Assembly: GCA_005223125.1 (NCBI GenBank)
Contig: NJBH01000005.1
Coordinates: 6,509-70,508, forward strand
Reading direction: 5' to 3'
DNA from: Promethearchaeota archaeon Loki_b32
Lineage (GTDB): Archaea; Asgardarchaeota; Lokiarchaeia; Sigyniarchaeales; SOKP01
DNA: 64,000 nucleotides
The translations under genes and the position numbers were made by a program. The notes under the pieces are model-generated. The model saw nothing but the letters and a program-made list of their open reading frames with translations, ran no database searches and had not been told where the DNA came from. Shown piece by piece: positions 27,904-38,700 of this stretch (position 1 is its first letter; every line of letters starts with the position of its first letter).

Positions 27904-30900
27904 ATGTATAAATATAAGGGGAAGGCACAATCATATCTTCTCTCTTTTTATCTGAATTTTAAGTGGGTAAAAATGTTTGAGGTAGGGGTATTTACTGATC
28001 CTTTGGAAGAAAAATTTAAATTGATAACAGAAAATGTAAATGAACTAATTTCAATTGTAAATAAAGATTATATCATTGAATTCATAAACATGGTTCCTCA
28101 TTTAAATGTGTTAGGTTATAATGAGGAAGATTTAAAAGGAAAATCTTGGTTAAAGTTAGTTCATCCTAAAGATCTTAAAAAAGTTAAAAATAATTTGAAA
28201 TTGGATTCTGAACATATGCATTTAATTAGAGAAATAAGGTTAATTGATAAAAAGGGAAATTTTAAAAAATTTAAATTTGATGTTAGAGCATTTGTAGATA
28301 ATAGTAATACTAATAAATTTATAATAATCTTAAGTAATATCACTAAACTTATAGATAAAAGAGAAACAGAGCAACAGTTAAAAGAATCAGAAGAAAAGTT
28401 CAGAACTATTACAGAACAATCATTAATGGGTATTATAATCTTACAGAACAGTAAAATCCAATATATAAATAAAACAGCAGCTCATATGGTTGATTATACA
28501 CCTAATGAAATTTTAAATTTTCCTTCTAGAGGTTATATTAATTTAATATATCATGCAGATAGAAAAATGGTAATAAAACAAGCTAAAAAGAGGCAAAGGG
28601 GAATTAAAACCAAAATTACTGGATATGAATGTCGATGTCTAAAAAAGAATGGAGATCTTATTTGGCTTCAAATTTATTCAAAAACAATAACATATCATGG
28701 AAAATTCGCAGATTTAATTACAGTAATTGATATTACTGATAAGAAAAAAGCAGAGATCAAATCAAAAGAGTCTGAGCAAACTTTAAGGTATCTACTTTCA
28801 TCCAATCCAATTGTAATCTATACATCTCGGATTACTGAAGTTCGGGTGTTCACCTTTGTAAGCGAAAATGTTAGAGATATGACTGGTTACTCTCCAGAGG
28901 ATTTCATAAAGAAATCACATTTTTGGAATTTAAAAATCCATCCAGAAGATAAGGATAGGATCCAATCACAATTAAGAAATTTATCTAAAAAAGATAATTT
29001 AGGTCTAGAATATCGATTTAGATTTAAGGATGGGATTTATCATTGGATTCAAGATGAGTTTAAAATTGTAAAAGATAAGAAAGGACTCCTCTTAGAAACA
29101 ATTGGCTCTTGGGTAGATGTCTCTGTAAATAAAAATATTGAAGAAAAAGTGAAGTTTCAAGCTAAACTTGTTGAGACAATCTCAGATGCAATAATTTCTA
29201 CAGATTTAAAGTTTAATATTATTACATGGAATAAAGCAGCCGAATCAATTTATGGTTGGAAAGCAGAAGAAGTAAAGAGAAAAAATATTAGTGATGTTAT
29301 TCCGATTGAATATCCATACGATGACCAAGATATTGTGTTAAAGGAGTTTTTTGAAATAGGAAAATGGAAAGGGGAGGTAATTCAACCACGGAAAAATGGT
29401 AATTTAATTAATATTTTAACTTCAATTTCCATGATTAAAGGCAATAATGGTAAACCCATTGGAGTTGTAGCAATTAATCGTAACATCACTGAACGTAAGA
29501 AAGCTGAGCAAGAATTAAAAGAATCGGAAATGAAATATCGAGATTTATTTGAAAATTCTCCAATTGCATTATTTGAACAAGATTTTTCTGAATTAAAAAC
29601 TTATTTAGATGATTTGAGAGCTTCAGGAGTAAGTGATTTTGAAAAATATTTAGACGAGAATCCTGAAGAAATTATGAATTTCACCTCTATGATCAAGTTA
29701 ATTGATATAAATAGAAAAACAGTGGAGCTATACAATGTTAATAGTAAAGATGATTTCATTAAATGGAAATGCAAAATAGAAAAAAGATTATTTCAAGAAG
29801 ACATGACTCCAGAAGTACTTTTAACAAATAAGCAAGAGTTATTATCTTTAATCCATGGAGAAACTACGTTCGAATCAGAAGTTGTCACTAAAACCTTCAC
29901 AGGTGAAAAAATTTATGTCTATATGAAAACATTGATTATTCCTGGATATGAAAAAACTTGGTCAAAAGTTATTGTGTCTCTCTTAAATATAAGCGATCGA
30001 ATTAAAACGGAGCTAAAGTTAAAAGAATCAGAGGAAAAATTCAGAACAATTGCAGAACAATCTTCATTAGGGATGATTATTCAGCAAGATGGCTTTATTA
30101 AATTTGCGAATTCAGCTGTTTCAGATATTATTGAGTATCCATTGGAAGAAATTCATAAATGGACTGCAGAAGAGACTCTACAATTCGTATATAAAGAAGA
30201 TTTGCCACTAATAATTGATAAATTAAAACAAAGACAGGAGGGTGATTTTGAGTCTATAAATCAATATGAATGCAGAGCAATTACAAAATCAGGTAAAATT
30301 AAATGGATAAACGTCTATACAAAACCTATTATTTATCAAGGGAAGAATGCAGTTTTATCAACATTTATAGATATCACAGAGAAAAAGAAAGTAGAAGAAG
30401 AACTAAAAGATGTAAGTCGATTAAAATCAGATTTAATAAGTAGGACATCTCATGAATTAAAAACACCTTTGGTTTCAATAAAGGGATATGCTGATTTACT
30501 ATTAAGCCAACATTATGAAGAACTCGACTTTTATACAATTTCGGTATTACATGAGATTAAACAAGGTTGTTATCGACTAGAATCATTAATAAAAGATCTT
30601 TTAGAGACCTCTGAATTAGAAACTGGAGAGGTAGAATTAAACAAGTTAAAGGATGATCTTGCATTTCTAATCAGGTTTTGTGTGAAAGATTTAAAGGGAT
30701 TGATAGAAACGAGAAAACATAATTTAATTTTAGATATACCAGAGAATTTGGTTACATTATTTGAAAAAGAAAGAATCTATGAAGTTGTAATAAATCTATT
30801 AAGCAATGCGATTAAATATACACCGCCAAATGGACGAATCATAATTAACTCTGAAAGTAAGGATAATAACTATATTGTATCGATAAAAGATAATGGAATC

Positions 30901-31116
30901 GATTTAACAGATGAAGAAAAAGAGAAGATCTTCAAAAAATTTGGAAAGATTGAACGATATGGTAAAGGTTTGGATGTTGTGTCCGAAGGTTCAGGTCTAG
31001 GTCTCTATATTTCAATGAAGATAATAGAACTCCACGGAGGTCATATATGGGTTGAATCAAAAGGGAGAGATAAAGGTGCTACATTTTCCTTCTCCTTACC
31101 AATTTTAAGTGAATGA
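27904..31116 (+). CDS. Multi-PAS sensor histidine kinase (no receiver domain)
   Basis: Repeated PAS units joined by ..ITE[RK]K.AE..LKESEEKFR.. linkers. H-box SHELKTPL and an HATPase_c region (NLLSNAIKYTPPNG, DNGIDL, GSGLGLYIS). The start is more likely the ATG at 27973 (MFEVGVF), preceded by gtgggtaaaa. Confidence 0.9.
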   Translation: MYKYKGKAQSYLLSFYLNFKWVKMFEVGVFTDPLEEKFKLITENVNELISIVNKDYIIEFINMVPHLNVLGYNEEDLKGKSWLKLVHPKDLKKVKNNLKLDSEHMHLIREIRLIDKKGNFKKFKFDVRAFVDNSNTNKFIIILSNITKLIDKRETEQQLKESEEKFRTITEQSLMGIIILQNSKIQYINKTAAHMVDYTPNEILNFPSRGYINLIYHADRKMVIKQAKKRQRGIKTKITGYECRCLKKNGDLIWLQIYSKTITYHGKFADLITVIDITDKKKAEIKSKESEQTLRYLLSSNPIVIYTSRITEVRVFTFVSENVRDMTGYSPEDFIKKSHFWNLKIHPEDKDRIQSQLRNLSKKDNLGLEYRFRFKDGIYHWIQDEFKIVKDKKGLLLETIGSWVDVSVNKNIEEKVKFQAKLVETISDAIISTDLKFNIITWNKAAESIYGWKAEEVKRKNISDVIPIEYPYDDQDIVLKEFFEIGKWKGEVIQPRKNGNLINILTSISMIKGNNGKPIGVVAINRNITERKKAEQELKESEMKYRDLFENSPIALFEQDFSELKTYLDDLRASGVSDFEKYLDENPEEIMNFTSMIKLIDINRKTVELYNVNSKDDFIKWKCKIEKRLFQEDMTPEVLLTNKQELLSLIHGETTFESEVVTKTFTGEKIYVYMKTLIIPGYEKTWSKVIVSLLNISDRIKTELKLKESEEKFRTIAEQSSLGMIIQQDGFIKFANSAVSDIIEYPLEEIHKWTAEETLQFVYKEDLPLIIDKLKQRQEGDFESINQYECRAITKSGKIKWINVYTKPIIYQGKNAVLSTFIDITEKKKVEEELKDVSRLKSDLISRTSHELKTPLVSIKGYADLLLSQHYEELDFYTISVLHEIKQGCYRLESLIKDLLETSELETGEVELNKLKDDLAFLIRFCVKDLKGLIETRKHNLILDIPENLVTLFEKERIYEVVINLLSNAIKYTPPNGRIIINSESKDNNYIVSIKDNGIDLTDEEKEKIFKKFGKIERYGKGLDVVSEGSGLGLYISMKIIELHGGHIWVESKGRDKGATFSFSLPILSE

Positions 31117-31288
31117 ATTAGCTAATTCTTTATATTTTTTATTTAAGCTTTTTCATTTAAAAGAATTCAAATATTCGAACTTTATTCTTATAATATAAAT
31201 TATATAAATTTCATTTGTTCTCTTTTGAAGGTAGATTACAATTACATACATAGATAAGGAAAAATTACGGACTTTATTTAAATGGTAT

Positions 31289-32434
31289 ATGCAAGAAGTA
31301 GGTGATTCTTTAGTTTCAGTTCTTGTTGTAGATAGAGAGGGATTGGTTGTTGATATATTAACAATAGATTCTGATAAATCGGATGAAAAAAAGTTTATTG
31401 GAGCTTTTAGTTCTTTAGTTGAATTGGTACTAAAAAAATTGACTCAAGATTTTGATCTTGGAACTTTTGGTGCCGGGACATTTGATACAGATAAATACCG
31501 ATTTATTTTTTGTGAGTCTGGATCTAGCCATGTTTTAGTTTCCATTCTCAATCATACGACGTTAGTTGATGACGTATTTCCATATACTTATTTAACTGCT
31601 GACAAAGTAGCGAGGATTATAGATGGAGAATTACCAGTTAGCCCTGTGATTCCTAAAATAAAAAGAGATACTGAACTTGAAAAAGTAAAGAGAAAAATGG
31701 AATACTATCAAAGCAAACCTCATTCACAAGAATATGTTTATAAACTTTCTCTAATCGGAGATGGAGGCGTTGGTAAAACTAGCATGGCACAAAGATACGT
31801 TCATGGAATATTTAAAGCAGATTACAAAGCAACAATTGGTACATATATTTCTAAGAAAGAATGCAAATTTAAAGAATTGAATACTTTTGTAAGATTTATG
31901 ATATGGGATTTAGCAGGACAAAGTCAATTTGAACGATTATGGCCAGATTATTTGACAGATTCCCGTGCAGGAATCATAGTTTTTGATATAACAAACCAAG
32001 AATCATTTGACCATGTAAAGATGTGGTATGATATTATCAAACGAGTCGCATTACCTAATATTATATTAATTCTTGTAGGAAATAAAGTGGATCTAAATAC
32101 ATCCAGAATTATTTCTACAGAACAAGCTTTAGAATTAGCTAAGGAATTAGGAATCTATTATATGGAGACCTCAACAAAAACAAATGAAAATATTGATAAC
32201 GTGTTTAAGTGGATTGCACTTCAAATCATTAATTTGAATATCGAAGAAGTAAAAGATACATTATTTGATAAACAAATCGAAGAGGGCTCAAAATTTGTTA
32301 TTTCAAGCCCACAATTAACAATTTTGAATCAATATTTCGCTAAGCAACTAGACTTCTGTATAGGAAAAAGTGATACTAAAGAAATCATTAAATACTTAGA
32401 CATTTTAAAAGCAATTGGAAAAAATAAATTATAA
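31289..32434 (+). CDS. Roadblock/longin-like domain fused N-terminally to a Rab/Ras-like GTPase
   Basis: Residues 1-~115 (LVSVLVVDREGLVVDILT..FIGAFSSLVELVLKKL..YRFIFCESGSSHVLVSILN..) look LC7/roadblock-like. The GTPase part has G1 GDGGVGKTS, TIGTYI, G3 WDLAGQSQF, G4 NKVD, G5 TSTK. A ~70-aa tail follows. Confidence 0.85.
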   Translation: MQEVGDSLVSVLVVDREGLVVDILTIDSDKSDEKKFIGAFSSLVELVLKKLTQDFDLGTFGAGTFDTDKYRFIFCESGSSHVLVSILNHTTLVDDVFPYTYLTADKVARIIDGELPVSPVIPKIKRDTELEKVKRKMEYYQSKPHSQEYVYKLSLIGDGGVGKTSMAQRYVHGIFKADYKATIGTYISKKECKFKELNTFVRFMIWDLAGQSQFERLWPDYLTDSRAGIIVFDITNQESFDHVKMWYDIIKRVALPNIILILVGNKVDLNTSRIISTEQALELAKELGIYYMETSTKTNENIDNVFKWIALQIINLNIEEVKDTLFDKQIEEGSKFVISSPQLTILNQYFAKQLDFCIGKSDTKEIIKYLDILKAIGKNKL

Positions 32435-32451
32435 AAAATTCTGGAATTAAA

Positions 32452-35340
32452 TCAAACATCAATATAAAGAGCAGGTTTAAATGGTTTTGCTCTAATGGCC
32501 CTATGTTTGGGATCAAAATCAGAGTTTATTACAATAACAGATTTAACTCGCTTTTCTAGATACGATTTATAATGCTCTAGCAACTTTATCTCATCAATTT
32601 GTGGTATTTTCTTCTCCCAAATCCGTTCTTTTAATTGAGTTTTAATAAAAGGAATAAGATCTTTATTAGATATTAACTCTATATCTTTTTTCAAATCAGA
32701 CATTATTTCAGCAAAATTATCCTTTTTTGATATAATTAGATATGAAACTCGATATTTCCATTTAGGGGCTGTATATAAATGTATTTTATTAAATTTCTCT
32801 GATTTTATTACTTTTTTTATATTGAAAACATCCTCGATGACATTTGAGATATATTCAAATTCAAGTTCAAGTTTGCTATTAATATATTGTTTATTAAAAT
32901 CTCCCCATACTTGAGTTGATATAAAACTCTCATTTCCAGCAATTTCCCATAATTCTTCACATAAATGTGGCATAGTTAGGGAAAGAATTTTCAACCAATC
33001 AGGATAAATTAGTTTAAAAACTGTTAGGAAATCATTTATATTATCTGTATCCCTTGAAAAATCCTGTATCAGATTAAACGCTTCATAAAAAGACGTTTGG
33101 AGATATCTTCTTATATTAAATTCTTTTAATGCCGCTTCTGCCTCAACGAACTTCTTGATAATTTTTGATAGCATTGCTTTTGAATAATTAGATTTAATAT
33201 TTTCATATTTTGCTTTTTGTTCCCTTAATTGATTAACTTTATCAGAAAAAAATTCGAAGAACTTGAGGACATGGTTTCTAACGGTCTCAATTTCTTTCTT
33301 GCGGAAATCCATGTATGCACTGAAATCAGCATTGTGGGAGATATAAAATCTAAATAAATCAGCCCCGTAATTCTTTTGGATATCCGCAAGAGAAATTACA
33401 TTCCCCTTTGACTTACCCATTTTCTGTCCTTCAATAATTACAGGTTCAATTAACGATATTAATTTTGGCCAATTTTTTTCTGGAAAAATTGCTACATGGT
33501 GGAAAATATAAAAACTTAAGTGGTTAGAGATATGCATTATTGCTGTATGACGATGGTCAACAGGGTACCAATAGAGAAACTCATTTCGTAATTCATTAAG
33601 GATCTCTTTACTAATATTAATCTCTTTAGAGAATTTGCTTGTAACTCCTTTTTCTAAAAAGACATAATCGAAAAATTCTGGAGTCAATTGTTCTGGTTTG
33701 ATTTGATAATCTTTTATTTTATATGAAATTGTATAGAAAGCCATATAAATTGTTGAATCACTCAAAGATTCTATTATCCAATCTTTATTAAAAGGTAGTT
33801 TAGTTCCTATTCCTCTTAATCTAGCACACGGTCTTTTTTCTAGCCAATTAAATATATTCTCAAAGTTTAATCGATATTTTTTTGGTACTATTTTCATCTT
33901 ATTAAGGCATTTTAACGATTCTTCTTTCCAATCTCCTGCTTCAAAATTAAGAAACCATTGATCCTTTAGAATAGAAACGATAACTTCTGTACCACATCTA
34001 CATGTAAGATTTTTTGTAACAGGAATATATAATTTGTCTGCTTTATTTTCTTCAATCAAGTCATATGAAACTTGTCTAGCAGCATCACTCACTTTCATTC
34101 CTTGATATTTTCCACATTTATCATTAAGTACACCATTATAATACTCATCTTTATAATTATCACTAGTTGCTAAATCGAGTTTTTCTGTGTCTTTTTGGGA
34201 ATCGACTTCAAACTTGTCACAATAGATTTTTGCTGGAAAGTCTTTAAATCCTTTTAATTCAATTATTTTAATTGGATATATTAATTCTATTTGTCGTTCA
34301 TTCAGATCATATCTCTTAATTAGATCTTTATTCTTTTGTAAATCGATTAGGGCAATATAATCATAAGGAGCGTGAGCGGGAACTGAATAAACAACACCTG
34401 TAGCTGTTGAGGTTTCAACAAAATCTCCTGGTAAAATAGGAATTTCTTTAATCCCATAAAAATCTGCTGCATTTTTTCCAATAATTTCTTTTCCACTAAT
34501 CTTATCCACGATCTTAACATCTTTCCCTTGATTCTCTAATAAGAATGTTGCTTCTTCAGAGATAAACCAAACTTCATTGTTCACAGAAGCTTTTATATAG
34601 TTTCCATTAGGATTTATCCAGATATTTGTAACTCCATAAATAGTTTCTGGTCTTAGTGTAGATGCAACAAGAAAACCATCTTCAAATGGGAATTTAATAC
34701 ATATATATTCATTAATACTTAGATCCAACTCATCTCCCCGTGAAATATCATCTTCTCCAACGGCATTGTTGTCTTGAGGACAATAAAGAATTGGATATTC
34801 ACCCTTTTCAATATAATCTCTCTCTTTTAAACGAAAATATTGCCATTCAATAAATTTATTATAAATTAAATCTCCAGTAGTAAATTCTCTCCTCCAATCT
34901 AAACTCATACCAATAGCCTTAAAATCAATTTTCATTGTTTTCGAAAAATAATTAACAACATTCCAAGGTTCTATAAAGCTTTCTACAATTTTTTTTACTT
35001 CTTGACGATCTTTAGTATGTAGACTAACATATTCTTTCATTCGTTCCTTTGTCAATTGATCCTTTCTTCCTATAGAAGAAGAAATTGCTAAAACAGGTGT
35101 ACCTGTAATATGAAATGCCATAGGATATAAAACCTTATATCCTTGTGCTCTATAATACCTTGCAAATATGTCTCCATTTATAAAACTCCTTCCATGGCCA
35201 ATATGTAGAGGACCAGAAGCATATGGATAAGGTGATGTTATAAATATTTTCTCTTTGTTAGGATCTGGATTTGCTTCGAATATCCTTTCTTGCTCCCATC
35301 TATCTTGCCATTTCTTTTCAATTTGTTGTGGATCATACAT
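32452..35340 (-). CDS. leuS: Leucyl-tRNA synthetase, archaeal type
   Basis: 962 aa. HIGH motif PLHIGHGR and KMSKS variant QKMGKSKGN. The N-terminal IEKKWQDRWEQERIFE and overall length fit archaeal LeuRS. Confidence 0.9.
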   Translation of the reverse strand: MYDPQQIEKKWQDRWEQERIFEANPDPNKEKIFITSPYPYASGPLHIGHGRSFINGDIFARYYRAQGYKVLYPMAFHITGTPVLAISSSIGRKDQLTKERMKEYVSLHTKDRQEVKKIVESFIEPWNVVNYFSKTMKIDFKAIGMSLDWRREFTTGDLIYNKFIEWQYFRLKERDYIEKGEYPILYCPQDNNAVGEDDISRGDELDLSINEYICIKFPFEDGFLVASTLRPETIYGVTNIWINPNGNYIKASVNNEVWFISEEATFLLENQGKDVKIVDKISGKEIIGKNAADFYGIKEIPILPGDFVETSTATGVVYSVPAHAPYDYIALIDLQKNKDLIKRYDLNERQIELIYPIKIIELKGFKDFPAKIYCDKFEVDSQKDTEKLDLATSDNYKDEYYNGVLNDKCGKYQGMKVSDAARQVSYDLIEENKADKLYIPVTKNLTCRCGTEVIVSILKDQWFLNFEAGDWKEESLKCLNKMKIVPKKYRLNFENIFNWLEKRPCARLRGIGTKLPFNKDWIIESLSDSTIYMAFYTISYKIKDYQIKPEQLTPEFFDYVFLEKGVTSKFSKEINISKEILNELRNEFLYWYPVDHRHTAIMHISNHLSFYIFHHVAIFPEKNWPKLISLIEPVIIEGQKMGKSKGNVISLADIQKNYGADLFRFYISHNADFSAYMDFRKKEIETVRNHVLKFFEFFSDKVNQLREQKAKYENIKSNYSKAMLSKIIKKFVEAEAALKEFNIRRYLQTSFYEAFNLIQDFSRDTDNINDFLTVFKLIYPDWLKILSLTMPHLCEELWEIAGNESFISTQVWGDFNKQYINSKLELEFEYISNVIEDVFNIKKVIKSEKFNKIHLYTAPKWKYRVSYLIISKKDNFAEIMSDLKKDIELISNKDLIPFIKTQLKERIWEKKIPQIDEIKLLEHYKSYLEKRVKSVIVINSDFDPKHRAIRAKPFKPALYIDV

Positions 35341-35786
35341 ATTATTTCACTCTTTTTTGGGTTTTCTCTTCTTTTCTATTTAATTTTTTTTGGAGTTAAA
35401 AACCACCTATAATCTCTTTCAATTAAATTTAAACGCTGAGCAAACAAATCCGTAGAAAAATTAAAAGAAAAAGAATATAAGGACTTGTTTCACTCAAGAT
35501 AATAATAAAACTGCGAGTAAATTAACTAAGGATAGTACTTCCCTTACTTTCATCTTTGAAGCAGTTTTATTTGAAATCATTATAAAGAATATACATGTTT
35601 TTGTATTAAAATTTTTCTAGATTCTTTATTATTCAAGCACTAAGATTATTGTTAAATTTAATTCTATCGCGATAACTCGTTTTTTTAAATTAGTGCAAAT
35701 TGTTAAATATATCCTCTTATTTCATTTTTTAAACCTCTAATTGAAATATTATTAATTATTAAAGAGCATTTGGGGATAGGGATATC

Positions 35787-38700
35787 TTGAAGGAATCGAA
35801 AATAAATAAGGAAATTAACGTAGCAATAAAATCAGAAGAAAATTTTCTCGCAATTCTTAATTCTTTAACCGATCCTATGCATATTATTGATAGAGAATAC
35901 AATATCCAATTTTTAAATTCAGCTATGGTACTATGGCTTAATAAATTGAACATAAATTCTGATCTTGTTGGTAAAACTCTTTTTGAAGAGTTTCCTCTCT
36001 TAGAATATGATAAAATCCATAACGAATATGACAAAGTCTTCAAAACTGGCGAACTTTTGATAACAAAAGAAGCAACTAAGCTAACTAAAGGTATTATATT
36101 TACTGAGACTCTAAAAATTCCAGTTAAAAGTAATGGTAAAGTTGAGCAAGTTATAACGATTATGCGAGACATTACGGAACAAAAGAAAGCAGAAGAAAAA
36201 TTAAAAGCATCTGAAGAGAAGTATAAGAATATTATCAGTAACCTTATGGATATAATAATAATATTAGATCTTAAAGGCAATTTCTTATATGTCAGTCCAC
36301 AAATCTATGATATTTCTGGATTTAAACAAAAAGAGATAATCGGAAAAAATGGTTTCAAGTTGATGCACCCAGATGATATCAATAAGACTACTAGTGTATT
36401 AAAGGAGGCTATAGAACAGAAGAAGAGAATTTATATCGAATATCGCACATTACATAAGCAAGGTCATTATATAGAGGTATCTGCAAGTGGTAGGATTGTA
36501 AATATAGAAGGAGAAGATCGAATTTTCGCAGTAGTAAGAGACATTTCTGAGCATAAAATTTCTGAGCAAAAATTAAAAGAATCAGAAGAAAAATATCGTC
36601 TAATTACTGAAAATGCAAATGATATGATTGCTATTTTAAATAACAAAATGGAGTATGAATATGTAAATGAAGCTGCTTTTCTAAATATTATGGGTAGAAC
36701 TAAAGATGATTTAATTGGATATAATTCTTTACATTGGGCTCATCCTGATGATATTGAAAAATCTATAAATGCTTTTAAAGATGGTTGGGAGAAAGGAGAA
36801 GCATTTATCCAAGCAAGATTCAGAGATACACAAGAAAAATATCATTCGCTCGAAGTAAGAGGAAAATTAATTATTGATCATAAAGGAGAAAAAAAGGTTT
36901 TAATAGTCTCACGAGATATTTCAGAAAGAAAGGAGGCCGAACAGAAATTAAAAGATTCTGAAGAAAAATATCGATATTTAATTGAAAATTCTATTGAGGG
37001 TGTTTGGGTAATAGATTCTGAAGCAAAAACAATCCTAGTTAATCCTAGTATGGCACATATTTTAGGTTATACGGTAGAAGAAATGATTGGAAAATCTTTA
37101 TTCTCATTTACAAATGAAGAACAGGTAAAAATTACCAAAAATCATTTAGAGAAAAGAAAGAAAGGCATCTCTGAAGAAAGAGACGCCTACTTGCTTCATA
37201 AAGACGGAAATAAGGTTTATCTGAGAATAAGAGCAACCCCTATTTTCGACAGTGAAGGTAATTATGAAGGAACATATGCTTTTTTGGCAGATATAACCCA
37301 AAAAATGTTAGCGGAACAGAAATTGAAAGAATCGGAAGAAAGATTTAGAACATTATTTGAAATCGCTCCCGCTTCTATTTCTGTTTTAGATTTAGATGGG
37401 AATATTATCTTAAGCAACCAGAAATTTTGTAATCTTCATGGTGTGAAAAACCCAGAACTATTGGAAGGAAGGAAAATTTTAGAATTCATAGCAGAAAAAG
37501 ATTGGTCAAAATTAAAGGAAGCTATGAAAAAGTCTTTTGAAGGATTACCCAGAGGACTTAATCAATATACAATGCTTAAAGATAATGGAACAGAATTTCC
37601 TGCCGAAGCAATTAGTTCAGGTATTAAAAATAAAAAAGGTGAAATTATAGGTCTTATAGGAGTTGCTCAGGATATTACAGAACGTAATATTGCTGAGCAA
37701 AAACTAAAGGAATCTGAAGAAAAATATTCACATCTTTTCAAGAGTTCTCCGTACTCAATCCTAATTGCTAATATGAATGGAAAAGTAATTGATTGTAACT
37801 TTTTAGAAGATAAAATAACAGGATATTTAAAAGAGGAAATAATCGGTAAAAACATGCTTGATATACCAATGTTTCCGAAAGAGTATCTTCCTATAGTGAT
37901 TAAAGATTTCAAAACTCTACTAAAAGGAAGAATTCCCAAACCTAATGAAATACAGATTCGAAAGAAAAATGGAACTCTGGTGTGGGTACAGCCGACTGCT
38001 TCTATTTTTAAAATCGAAGGTGAATCTTACATGTAGATTATAATGCAAGAGATTACTGAAAGAAAGAATTCTGAAGAAAAATTAAAAGAATCCGAAGAAA
38101 AATTCAGAACTATTGCAGAACAATCTTTCTTAGGTATTGCTATTCTACAAAATGATACTGTTAGTTATGTTAATGAGCAACTTGCTTATAAATTTGGTTA
38201 TACCACAGAGGAAATTATGAAGTGGGGAGTAGGAGGTTTTATGAAAGTTATATATCCCGATGATAGAAAAATGGTTGCTGAGCAAGCTAAGAAAAAGCAA
38301 TCGGGTGAACCAGATACTGTTAATCAATATCAATTCAGAGGAATAAAAAAGAATGGAAATATAATATGGTTAGAAATATTTTCAAAAACAATTAATTATA
38401 AGGGAAAACCAGCTGATTTTGTTACAATTCACGATATAACTGAAGAGAAGCTAGCTGGACAAAAATTAAAAGAATCTGAAGAAAATTTCAGAACTATTGC
38501 TGAACAAGCTTTTATGGGAACTTTAATAATTCAAAATGATCAAGTGACGTATGTGAATGATGCTTTGCTTCAAATCTTTGAGTTCTCGCAAGATGAAGTT
38601 AATTATTGGAAGAAAGATAATCTACTCAAACTAATTCATCCTGAAGATTTACATTATCTAAGAGAATATCGCGAACAATTACGAAGTGGTGAATCTGATA

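Noticed and set aside
35759-36280. 173-aa ORF on the minus strand
   Set aside because: It lies entirely antisense to the 5' part of the PAS kinase gene. It has a low-complexity hydrophobic composition typical of a shadow frame in AT-rich DNA, and no motif.
38034-38036. Reading the in-frame TAG as pyrrolysine
   Set aside because: TAG is used as an ordinary stop by other genes in this window (for example at 4763-4765 and 41126-41128). No pyl genes or methylamine methyltransferases are visible here. It cannot be fully excluded without the whole genome.
28360-38520. Periodic recurrence of near-identical ~40-nt segments (ttaaaagaatcagaagaaaaa..), considered as a possible repeat array or CRISPR
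   Set aside because: They are coding. They encode the conserved LKESEEK[FY]R inter-PAS linkers of the two histidine kinases, spaced by whole PAS domains of ~120 aa, not by short unique spacers.
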